Source: Takakia lepidozioides
Lineage: Eukaryota > Plantae > Bryophyta
Reading direction: 5' to 3'
DNA: 64,000 nucleotides
NCBI GenBank assembly: GCA_030704615.1
Contig: CM060731.1
Span: 24,676,001-24,740,000, forward strand
Shown: positions 23,626-34,233 of the stretch, one piece after another
How positions within the stretch are numbered: position 1 is the first letter of the stretch
Layout of the letters: every line of letters starts with the position of its first letter
Notes under the pieces: generated by a model
Database searches by the model: none
What the model was told of the DNA's origin: nothing
The model's input: only the letters and a program-made list of their open reading frames with translations
Made by a program: the position numbers and the translations under genes

Positions 23626-26259
23626 ATGCGCAGAATGCCTCCCCCCAGAGATCGTCTTGTAACGTCATGCTGGTGGGTGGGGTTGCAAGTCTCGGATGAG
23701 ATCCAGGTGTTTGTTGGCCATCGTATTGGGTGCAAGAGTATAGGTCTTGGTGGGTTTGCAATCACCACTGCAGCCAATGAAGTGCAAAGACAGATACCAA
23801 ATGGGGAGGAAGGCAACAAGGGCAGTGTTGGAGGGGACGTGGGTAGACTGGGCAGGGACGGACAATTGAAGGAAGCGGTGCAAAGTTTGGATCTTGTAGA
23901 GCAAGAAGGCTTTCGGGCCTATTCTGACATGTGTGCTCGCCTCTTGCGGGTGTGTGCTGAGACGAAAGCCCTTGCAGACGGGAAGGGGGTCCATGCCCAC
24001 ATCTCTAAGAGTGGATACGAACCGGACATCTTCTTAGGAAATATACTTGTCAGCATGTATATGAAGTGCGGGAGCGTGGGGGATGCACGCCAAGTCTTCG
24101 ACAATATGCCTGAACGGAACGTAATCTCATGGAATGCGATGATTTCAGGCATAGCTCAGCAAGGCCAGGGTGAAGAGGCGTTGGAAGTCTTTCAGAAAAT
24201 GCTACACGAAGGAGTGAAGCCAAACAAAGTCACCTTCTTGAGCATCCTCAACGGATTCACCAGCCCAGCAGTTTTGGCTGAAGGAAAGAGGCTCCATGCC
24301 GTCATTGACAAGGCTGGATTTGGGTCAGATGTCCGAGTGGGGACTGCCCTTGTTAGCATGTATTGCAGGTGCGGGAGTATGGAGGATGCCCGTCGAGTGT
24401 TTTTCCAAATGCCTCGACGAGATGTGGTCTCATGGAATGCGATGATTTCAGGACTTTGTCAGCATGGACATGGAGATGAGGCTTTCGCAATCTTTGGGCA
24501 TATGCAACGAGAATGCGTGACCCCGAACAGGGTCTCCTTCATTAATATTCTCAATGCATGTGCGAGTCCACTAGCCCTGGACCATGGCAAGCAGCTCCAT
24601 ACGTGCATCATCCAAGCTGGATTGGACCGAGACGTCCAAGTGGGCAATGCCCTTGTCAGCATGTATTGCAGGTGCGGGAGTGTGGTGGACGCCCGTCAAT
24701 TGTTCCTCAAATTACCTGAACGAGATGTAATTTCATGGAATGCGATGATTTCAGGTCTTGCTCAGCATGGTCAGGCTGAGGAGGCTTGCGAATATTTTTG
24801 GCAAATGCAAAAGGAAGGTGTAAAGCCAAACAGGGTCACTTTCATCAGCATCCTTAGCGCATTTGTGAGCCCAGTAGCCCTCAAACAGGGCAAGCGGCTC
24901 TATGCAGGCATTGTGGAATTAGCTGAGTGTGATTCTAATGTCCAAGTGGGCAATTCCCTTGTCAGTATGTATTGCAGGTGTGGGAGTGTGGTGGATGCGC
25001 GCAGAGTGTTCTCTTCGATGCCTGAACGAAATGTTGTCTCATGGAATGCAATGATTGCCGGGCTTGCACAGGAAGGGCATGGTGCAGAGGCATTGGATCT
25101 CTTCAGACAAATGCAACGGCAAGGAGTGCAGCCTGATGCCCTCACTTTCCTTTGCATTCTCAACGCCTGTGCCAACGAAGCAGCCCTGGAAGAGGGCAAA
25201 TGTGTGCACTCCCACATCATCAAATCTGGATTTTTATCAGATGTGTGTGTATGGAATGCCATTGTCAGCATGTATTGTAAGTGCGGGAGTTTGGAGGATG
25301 CACGGCAAGTTTTTGATAATATTCTCAACCGAGACACGGTCTCATGGACTGCAATGATCACCGGATATGCCCAACATGGGTGCTGCAAGGAGGCCCTCCA
25401 ACTCTTCGGGCAAATGCAAAGGGAAGGGGTGAAGCCAAATGAGGTCACATATATTGGTGTTCTCTCCGCATGCAGCCATGTGGGCCTAGTGGAAGAAGGC
25501 CACCATTACTTTTTTTCTATGAGCCGCGATCATGGAATCACACCAACAGGAATTCACTATAGCTGCATGGTCGACCTTCTTGGTCGGGCAGGGCACTTAT
25601 ATGAGGCAGAAAACCTTATCAACAGTATGGCATGGAAACCGGACACCTCAGTGTGGTGGCCCTTGCTTTCTGCTTGTAGAATCCATGGCAATATACAGCT
25701 AGCTGAAACTGTTGCAGGACGCCTCCTGAATTTGGAACGAGATGATCCTGCAGTGTATGTGCTGCTTTCAAATATCTATGCTGGGGCTGGCAGGTGGGAT
25801 GATGTTGCAAAGGTCAGAAAGGCAATGGAAGAAAGAGGTTTGAAAAAGGAAGCAGGGCGCAGCTGGATTGAGGTCAACAATGTGGTACATACATTTGTTG
25901 CAGAAGATGAGTCACACCCAGAAACACAGGAAATCTATGCTGAGCTGGAGACATTGACTAGGCAGATAAAGCTCGCAGGATATGTGGCTGACACACACTT
26001 TGTAAGTCATGATGTGGATAGTTGGCAGAAGGAAGAGGCTCTCTGCTACCACAGTGAAAAATTGGCCATCGCCTATGGGCTCATCAGCACGGCCCCTGGG
26101 ACACCTATCCGCATATTCAAGAATCTTCGGGTATGTGGCGATTGTCACACCGCCACCAAGTTTATCTCGAAGATTGTTGGGCGGGAAATCATTGCAAGGG
26201 ATACCAATCGCTTTCATCACTTCAAGGATGGGATGTGTTCTTGTAGGGACTATTGGTGA
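23626..26259 (+). CDS. PLS-class pentatricopeptide repeat protein with E1/E2 and DYW cytidine deaminase domain (organellar C-to-U RNA editing factor)
   Basis: Intronless ORF with ~17 L/S/P motifs, E domains, AGRSWIEV box, HSEKLA, CGDCH and C-terminal SCRDYW. First ATG at 23626; true start uncertain. Confidence 0.97.
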   Translation: MRRMPPPRDRLVTSCWWVGLQVSDEIQVFVGHRIGCKSIGLGGFAITTAANEVQRQIPNGEEGNKGSVGGDVGRLGRDGQLKEAVQSLDLVEQEGFRAYSDMCARLLRVCAETKALADGKGVHAHISKSGYEPDIFLGNILVSMYMKCGSVGDARQVFDNMPERNVISWNAMISGIAQQGQGEEALEVFQKMLHEGVKPNKVTFLSILNGFTSPAVLAEGKRLHAVIDKAGFGSDVRVGTALVSMYCRCGSMEDARRVFFQMPRRDVVSWNAMISGLCQHGHGDEAFAIFGHMQRECVTPNRVSFINILNACASPLALDHGKQLHTCIIQAGLDRDVQVGNALVSMYCRCGSVVDARQLFLKLPERDVISWNAMISGLAQHGQAEEACEYFWQMQKEGVKPNRVTFISILSAFVSPVALKQGKRLYAGIVELAECDSNVQVGNSLVSMYCRCGSVVDARRVFSSMPERNVVSWNAMIAGLAQEGHGAEALDLFRQMQRQGVQPDALTFLCILNACANEAALEEGKCVHSHIIKSGFLSDVCVWNAIVSMYCKCGSLEDARQVFDNILNRDTVSWTAMITGYAQHGCCKEALQLFGQMQREGVKPNEVTYIGVLSACSHVGLVEEGHHYFFSMSRDHGITPTGIHYSCMVDLLGRAGHLYEAENLINSMAWKPDTSVWWPLLSACRIHGNIQLAETVAGRLLNLERDDPAVYVLLSNIYAGAGRWDDVAKVRKAMEERGLKKEAGRSWIEVNNVVHTFVAEDESHPETQEIYAELETLTRQIKLAGYVADTHFVSHDVDSWQKEEALCYHSEKLAIAYGLISTAPGTPIRIFKNLRVCGDCHTATKFISKIVGREIIARDTNRFHHFKDGMCSCRDYW

Positions 26260-28406
26260 TGGTACACAGAAGGAGTGCAAAACACAAGCCTTGATTTGTC
26301 TCCAGTCAGTCTTTTGGCCAGTACCTAGTTGCTGCACTATCTCTCCTTCTCCCTCCAAGGCCGTTCTATTTTCATATGGCTGCAATGTTAATGAACTTCA
26401 TCTCTATTGTGCACGTTGCTGACAGTGCCTGTGGCAGTCTCACACTGCAGTCGGTAGCTCATTTGGGTGGATGGTCACAGTTGCTGTGCAAACTGCCCTG
26501 TTGTCACTGTTCACGCCTACCACAAGTGCATTCTCTTCCTCTTGGTAGGACACCCCTTGCTGAGTTTCTTAGCAAATGGTGCAGCTGTAAGACCACTGAT
26601 TGCAGGATGGGTGGGATGTGATGAGTCCACATTCGAACTTCCATCCTGATTGGATACACCAGTGTGCTGTCAACAGCTGCAGTCCACTGCTCAGACAACG
26701 AGGGAGAGAGAGAGTGTGGAGGACATGACAAGCCATCCTGTAGCCCTGGTGGCAGTTCTGACTGTGATGAGTCTGACAGCACTTCCATCGACTGGCATGC
26801 AGTGCGGAAGGAAGAAGCCAAATGGTAGGGTCTTCAAGGTATGTCTCTACATCCCCAGCTTGTGTGCCTTTTTGGTCTAGGTGTCTGTGTTCATAATATT
26901 TTCGTTCACTTCTATGTCCTGAGACTAGGTTGCAAACATGGGAGGTGGAACATGTTGCATGGAGGGTACAGCAGAGAGGGATGATACTGCACTGTGGGTA
27001 TGTTTGAAAGACAGAAAGAAGGAAAGTACACAACGACCACCGGAAGTGCAAAGAGCTTATGTGACAGAGAGGTATATAGTTTGATCTTCCCCCTAAATGT
27101 CTTAAGTTATAGATATATATAAAGAGAGAGATGTACTGATAAGACATCGATTGCCGTAGCCTTGTCTCTGTAACAATTGCACATGGATCCACTGTCTCTT
27201 TTACCCCACAAGGCTACGACAAACAATGTCTCATGAGTACATCCTCTTTAGCCCATGCATGCCAGTGGGCAGCCCAACATCTGTGCGTCTCTGAAATTGT
27301 GGGAGGGGGGTTCAAGAAATGGGCTGGAGCCTCTTTGGAAGACAACATGAGGGGAGCCTTTTCTTTGTATACTAGGGAGGACACACTACTTGGGATGCAC
27401 AGCGTAGGATGAAGGATGCATGCAACAATCTCCTTTCAGACAGGTCCTTGAAACTGGTGTTTAGGAGGTGCAGCCTGTGTTGGGAGAGAGGCTGCGAGGT
27501 GGAGGGCTCTTGCGATGGCTCTCTCTCTCTCGCAAACACAATGCTTTGCATAACCTTCAAGCTTGAACAGTCACCATTCCACTGTTTCCGTATGCTGAGG
27601 CTGTAGACTCTTTACTTGCAAACATGCTACAAGCCATTCCATGGAGTGGGGGCCGTCTGGGGTTGTGGTTGAAGCAACAAAATAAAAAATGAAAAATAAA
27701 GAACAAAAAAACAAAACAAACTCCCATACTCTACCCGGAAGTGTTAAACCGACCCAAAATGGGTCACCATCCAGTTCTTAATGGGATTAACTCCCATTTG
27801 AGTCAAATTTGGCTCATAAGTAGGAAAAAAGTTGTTACACACAATGGCATTGGCCAGTCTTCAAAAAAGATTTATATATGGATGGAGATCCCCCAAAATG
27901 GGGTTAACGCAATATTTTTGGCATGTTTTTGCTGAGTTATCTTGACCGACAGTCAGGTTAAGTTAGGAAAAGGGTTTTCAGTTTCCAGTACTGACCCTCA
28001 GTGTGCATAGGTGATGGACATGTAATCAATCAAGTTCTAGAAATTGTAGATTAGAAATTTGCTGTTATTTTCCTTTCGCTGCAATGCAGACAGAGTATAC
28101 ATATCATTTGACTCAATCGATAGTCAAGTAGAATGGAATGCCCCTTTTTCTCATCCTAAAGTAGCAGGAGCACCACCTAGACTGAAGCCTCAGAGAACTA
28201 TCAGAAAACTAACTCGAAATTTGCCAGAAGGTGTCATTCACAAAGTCTTTGGCAGCGCGATTGTCTACAATTTCAAACAATTGCTGCTCTAATTAAGTTG
28301 GTCCAATGCTAGTGTCACACAGAAGTCCTCGAAGTGCTGCAAACTTCTTGTAGGGCTCCACCGTACTTAATCGCTCGAGTCTGTAATAGTTCGCCAGTCT
28401 GGGACC

Positions 28407-28869
28407 TCACACTCGGGCCAACGTTAAGTAAGGCTCTCTGTATGTTAGAGATTCTAATTTGCCGTGCAAGAATTGCTCAAAGAGATCAGGGTCGCAAGAG
28501 ATGCGCCCACCCGGGCCCCTCGTTCTAGCATCCATATTCTTCCTCGGTCTTGGCAAGCAACTGACCAATAAGTCGGCGCCTCTCTGTGCCCACGTAGACC
28601 GCCACGCAGCCCTTTGGCAACCCCGGTGGGTGTGAAACTTGAGATTTTGTCACAGATTTAATGATAGAGCTGACCCCCGGTGGGTATGGAACAGAGGTGA
28701 AGCAGCCCCTTGGCGCCCCTGGTGGGTGGGAGACATGAGATTTTGTCACAAATTTGTTCAGACTTCGCTGCTTCATAGAGTTGACCCCGGGTGGGTCTGA
28801 AACAGTGGTGAAACAGCCCGAGAACAGCCCCTTGGCACCCCATGTGGGTGTGAGAAACAGGATGCCCAT
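28407..28869 (-). pseudogene. SAUR (small auxin-up RNA) family pseudogene with triplicated N-terminal segment
   Basis: PKGCVAVYVGTERRR...QLLAKTEEEYG, then TAG at 28525-28527 and a +1 frameshift to RISCDPDLFEQFL. The FVIP..YLNHP segment of the SAUR core is missing. Confidence 0.75.
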
Positions 28870-28904
28870 AGTGTGGAGCTACTGGTGAAAATCTGACAGA
28901 CGGG

Positions 28905-29225
28905 AGTCCGCAAGTGAAGATCAAACAGTCTATAAGAGTACGCAATGGAAGATCAGCCAGGCTATAGGAGCACGAAAGTGAAGATCAGAGTCTATAAGAG
29001 CACGCAAGTGAAGATTAGAGAGTCTATATAAGAGTATGCAAGTGAAGCTTGAAAGTGTACGCAATTGAAGATCAGACAGCCTAGATTACGCATGTGAAGA
29101 TCAGACAGTCTAGCAAGTGGATCAGAGTCTATAAGAGTACGCAAGTAACAGTTGAAGAACGGATCAGACAGTCTAGCAAGTGGATCAGAGTCTATAAGAG
29201 TACGCAAGTAACAGTTGAAGAACGG
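28905..29225. repeat. Tandem array of ~30-bp GAAGATCAGACAGTCTATAAGAGTACGCAAGT units ending in an exact 63-bp duplication
   Basis: About 8-10 degenerate units; identical 63-bp copies start at 29099 and 29162. Confidence 0.9.
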
Positions 29226-29236
29226 AACTGAAGCGC

Positions 29237-29243
29237 TTATATA
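29237..29243 (-). promoter_or_regulatory. TATA box candidate for the SAUR-like locus
   Basis: CTATATAAGC on the minus strand just upstream of the repeat array and the SAUR ORF. Confidence 0.4.
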
Positions 29244-30571
29244 GTCCGACGCTAAAAGTTTAGATTCTACTTTTTGTCCTTCTTTTTATAGTGTTACTTT
29301 GCAGAAATATATCTTTGGAAAGGGGGGTTACGGATCGGAGTCCGAGAGATCCAGCTCAGATCCAGAGCCATTTGAGATCACAAGTTTAGGAGGTCATTTG
29401 AGAAGAGAAGTTTAGTTTCCTAAGGACGGCTAGCCCCACACGCATCCCAACAGCAGCCTGCATGGCAGCCACCAGGTAGGCTCGGTCCGAAGCACATGGA
29501 GGGCTGTGGACGTTCGGCAATGTGAAGGTGCGGGGCAGGCAATAAAGCTGTGGAGTGGGTAGAGGACATGGACTGGTGAAAGGAGGGGTGGCACCAAACC
29601 TGATTATAATTGGGGTTCCATAAGCCCACAATGAGTAGAGGTGAGAAGAGGTGGATGGAGAAACGGTCTCAAAACCTGCTAGGCTGAAGGGCTAGAATAG
29701 GAAAGTAGGGCTGTAGGCTAAAATATAGGTTGGGCTGGGAACTACCCGGCAGGGCCCCAAAATAGCCTAAAGTATTCCCCCATTGGCTTGAAATTGTTTT
29801 TCTGTAAAATGGACGGTAGATTTGTCCTAAGTAATTTTCGCAGCTCAAATGTTGGCTTGCCCGCTCAAATTTGAACCCCCCAATTTGTGAGTACAAACGT
29901 ACAAAGCAGCGCACACAAAAACAGGTCAGAAAAAAGTGAAAAAATGCAGGGAAGGTGTGTTCTCATCAGCGTTTTTTTTTTTCATTTAAGAACTTGAGCC
30001 ACGTTGGCTCCTGGCTGGCCTATGAGGAAAATCAATTGGTGACTCTGGGGCATGTGATCGCTACTGTCAAGAATGTTTGATGAGTTTTATGCGAATTCAA
30101 CTCATGTAGTGTTCGGTTTGTGGGAGCGACAAGGGAGGTAATTTTTTCTAAGTAACAACGACACTGCATATTGCAAAGCCTAGCACAACTATGTCACATG
30201 GATACAATCCATTGACAAATATGACTAATCTTGTCCAAGATTAGCAACTCTGCTCAAAGCCTCACGTGCCAGTGCAAGAGGCGGTGCAAGTCTGCTTAAA
30301 TGGAGGTGCATGACACGGATACTAGGCGGGGGGAGGGGGGGGGGTGTTTTGTATCACGCGCTCACATGAGCACAACCCACGGTCATGGGAGTTTTATGTT
30401 TTTTTAACCTCAGTCATAGGAGTTATATGTATCCAAAACGGAAAAAACCATAAGCGGGTATAGAGGATTGGTGCATATATACGGTATATCTACACCAATT
30501 CAGCGAGGCAAAAACTTCAGTAGTGCAGCCAAAAACCCTAAACTTATAGAGGCAGCAACAAGTTTTGCATT

Positions 30572-30848
30572 GAGAAAGTCTTGGTGATATTGGCACAAAC
30601 CTATGCAACGGTGGGTTTTGCATTGAGAAACCCTTCCGGGTATTTGAGACAGACTTGGTGATATGGACACAAACGTATGCAGCGGGGGTTTTGCTTTGAG
30701 AAACTCTTACTGATATTTCAGAAATACTATGCAAAAGTGGGTTTCGTTTTGAGAAACTTTTACTGATATTTCAGAAATACTATGCAGAAGTGGGTTTCGC
30801 TTTGAGAAACTTTTCTTGGTATTTGAGAAATACTTTGATGATATGGGC
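30572..30848. repeat. ~53-bp tandem repeat (GAGAAACTTTTACTGATATTTCAGAAATACTATGCA.AAGTGGGTTTCG.TTT)
   Basis: Units start at about 30572, 30625, 30698, 30751 and 30804; probably TE-internal. Confidence 0.85.
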
Positions 30849-32689
30849 TTGCCAGTGATGTGGACTTTAATAGTGACATTCTCATACTTTCTGCTACAGT
30901 TGATTTCTTGGCAGGCTGGTTGGTACATAGTTTCGCCCTGCGAAATTATGAGGTTGTGTGGTACATATTCCTTCTGTGAGAAATTAGCTATGGGTGAGGA
31001 CCTGCAATTTCAGTTGCAGCCTCACCGCACATTCTCGCGCCTGTTATGGAGGAAACGCCATGCCTATAGGGTAACATGCTCATCGGATATAGGGGCTACG
31101 TGTTCTCTATGTGTTAGTTTCACGTAGTTTTTAGTTTCGCCAAATTCGTTTCGCCGTGGGAATTTCGCGGAAATTTCTTGCAAATTCGGGGAATATTTCT
31201 TTTATAGTTGGTTTGGTATTTGGGTTTTGCCGGGTATCAGCCCGGGCATCAACCCGGGTCTCTCCTAACCTAACCTACTGTTCTTTGTTCCCGTAAACAT
31301 TTGTAGTACCCTACCAGAAAGTTTTCGAGTTCCCTGGCGACCCCCCAAACCCTAACAGGCGGCGGTTGGGGTTCTCCTTTCCCCGCCCCCTACCAGAGCT
31401 CGACTCGTCGCTGCAGGTCTGTTCGGGTATGTTAATATGCACTGGGGTACTTTGTAATGTAAAGTAGAGATTTAGGGCTAGGGGCATATACTAGCTATTT
31501 GATTATAACAATGACACTTTGATCTTCATTTGCGAGATACTATGGATGCAGCCATTCTGATTCAGTGTATAATTGTATGGGGGTTGGTATCCTATGAGAT
31601 GAGCAGGTTCCCTTGTGGTATTCTTGAATATTCAAATGGCCATTTGAATAGTTCAGATGGCCATTTCAATATTGAATTTGAATTTGAATACACCATTTTT
31701 ATTTTATTATTTTCTTAATACCATATCCGAGTTCATATTTCTAGGTTATTGACATTCAGATACCATTGCTCATATATGGATTGATTTTTGTTTAAAACCA
31801 CTCTATGCATACCAGATTCATACTTGAAAAAATCGGGGGCTGCATTATTGGAAAACCTACCTGCCTTAAAAAATTTCAGCACTTCATACCAGGACCCTTA
31901 TGGTACTTCCAACTCAAGATACCATACCAAACACTGGTGAGCACGCTCATGCCGGTGTGAGCATGCTCACGCGCTACCCAACCTCCCAGGCGGGTAAGCT
32001 CAACCTAAATGAGCGTTCCCTCCATAGCTCAACCCCTTGGCGAAAGTGGGAAGAGTTTAAACCCTAGGCTTTGCTCCTTGCACTGGCAGGGTGGTAGGGT
32101 TTCTAGAAATCCATAGGCAAGAGCATCTGGATCTAACGAACCCAAATGGCATGTGGCTCTTTCCCTGTGCGACAGTTGTACAGGTGACGTCCTCATTGCA
32201 GCGACATGATGGCATTAGGGAGGGCAGTAATGCGAAACAGTGCCATATTTTAACCCATAATTCCTTTGTAAATTTCGTGAGGCCAATTTATCGATTGAAA
32301 AGTGACGAAATGTCGCGCAAAGAAAAAACGCTGGTTATCATGTGAGGTACACAATTCCCAAGACTCTCATACATATCACTCACGGGATGAAACCATTGCC
32401 CAAATTTTGCAAATTTCTTGGTTTTTAATGATCTTCATTTTTAGGAAGGATTCTTTTTGGGCCACATCTGAATATTATAATCTTCTAATATGACACTTGG
32501 ATATGGCTGAAATTTTTTGAGGTAATAGATTGGGTAGGTTGGCAGTAAATTCAACGGTCACTTTTACAGGGACTCAGAAATCTGGGAGGTAAAAAAGATT
32601 TAGTGGGCCCGGGTCCTTTTTTCATAGCATATCAGTGAAATGGGCCCTGACACTTAAGTATTAAGAAGTGTTAAGATACATGACAACCA

Positions 32690-32760
32690 AATTGTAGCCT
32701 AGTGTTAATGGGCACATACCACCTTTGAAGTGGTTGTGGGTTCAATCCACCCTTGGTGTC
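32690..32760 (+). mobile_element. Degenerate tRNA-derived (SINE-like) head
   Basis: A-box-like TAGCCTAGTG (32695-32704) and B-box GGTTCAATCC (32739-32748) at tRNA-like spacing; no foldable cloverleaf. Confidence 0.4.
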
Positions 32761-32878
32761 ACAAAGGTGTTCACCTTCCTATTGAAAGGCAGTAGCCCTT
32801 CGGGGTCAAGAGGCACCATAATTTACGCTTCCTTCGGGAGGCGTCAAACACACACACACACACACACATATATAGATT

Positions 32879-32998
32879 GGAGGTAAGTTTATTTAAGGAG
32901 ACGTCAAATATATATATGTATATATATAAAGATTTGTTATATATATATAAAGATATATATTGCAAAGGCAAGTTTAAATGTTAAATAAACTTACCTCC
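32879..32998. repeat. 18-bp perfect inverted repeat around a (TA)-rich core (MITE-like)
   Basis: GGAGGTAAGTTTATTTAA at 32879-32896 and TTAAATAAACTTACCTCC at 32981-32998. Confidence 0.75.
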
Positions 32999-34233
32999 CT
33001 CAATCTCCATTTTTGATAGGTGTCACCACTATGATAAGCATCATCCACATCAATGAAAAATGGCTATTCCTAAAAAAGGTGTGTGCCTACGATGCAAGGT
33101 CTGTATGGCTACTTGTGCACATTTGAAGACCCATAGTTACATCTCTGTTGTGGCATTTGCCAATGTGAAAGAAGATTTGATACCATGCACTGATTTTCGA
33201 GCAAAGACTAATTGATGTAATGAGTTTGATCAACAACCGATGATGAGATGATAAACAAGTTGATTAGATCCGTCACATCACGGAACCAAAGATTGTTAGG
33301 TATTTTCAACCTCTAGCAACCATGGCAATCAATCAGACATACCCACTGTGTGCATCCATGTATACAAAGACGAATTGGATGAAATCTCCAAATAGGTAAG
33401 TAAGTATTAATTCACATGTTTGTTTCATAGTAACAAGTCTGTCATGGCAGCCAAAAGCGCTTCCAATGCTCACACACACACACACACACATGCAGAGTGG
33501 TGCCACAACCCCACAACAACACTGCAGCCCATGTTTGGAGTGTGGAGGGGGGATGGTTGACCTTCCATATGTTACTGTACATTCCAGCAGTTGAGCAATC
33601 ATAACCCAGCAGCCTTGTGCTCCTGGCGAGCTTACTGTTAAAAAGAGGTTACCTTATTTTCTCCTCTCTTTCTAATTGAGCCTGAGGCCTGATTGGTCTC
33701 TTGGGTGTTTCCCTTTAAAAAGAAGAGAAAAGAAAAGAAGTGTACCTACATATAGTTATGCAGAGCAGCAGTGGGTTTGCAGGAATCTGAAGAAACAGCA
33801 ACACAATAAGACAAAGTGTAAGTAAGTGTAAGATTTTCTGTGTGTGGGCACTGGGGATGTGTTGTGAAGATTAGGCATCCATCGCTGTGTAATATACGCA
33901 GTGTTGCAAGTTGCTCTTGCACACAGTAAGTACACTTGTGCTGCGGGAATAGAGACGGGCAGGCAGGCAGCAGGGGAGGGTAAGAGAGGGAGGGATCAGC
34001 AAGTATCACAGGCTGCGGTGGTGGAGGCTTACAATTTCTGTCCGTGTGGTTGTGTGTGTGACCAGGTGCAGTTTTAGGAGATGGGTTTTGTGAGGAAGTG
34101 CCAGTGATGTGCGGTTGTGGTACGGTTCAAGATTGCTAGCTGTGGACAAGAAGCGAAGCAGGGGAGGAGTATGAGGAGGAGAAGATGATGAGGTCTTGGG
34201 TGGTTGTCAATGTGGAGAGATAGGTAGCATGTA

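Noticed and set aside
24900-25448. Antisense ORFs over the PPR gene (and similar ones over CAND1 and MES)
   Set aside because: Shadow frames of real coding sequence.
25850-26259. U-to-C (DYW:KP-type) editing factor
   Set aside because: Retains SW in the PG box, SHP, HSEKLA and a DYW end, typical of C-to-U editors.
26690-26720. miR535/miR529-like sequence (also ~54095)
   Set aside because: Only partial matches in GA-rich tracts, with no complementary star arm seen.
32690-32760. Functional tRNA gene
   Set aside because: No acceptor or anticodon stems can be formed; kept only as a SINE-like relic.
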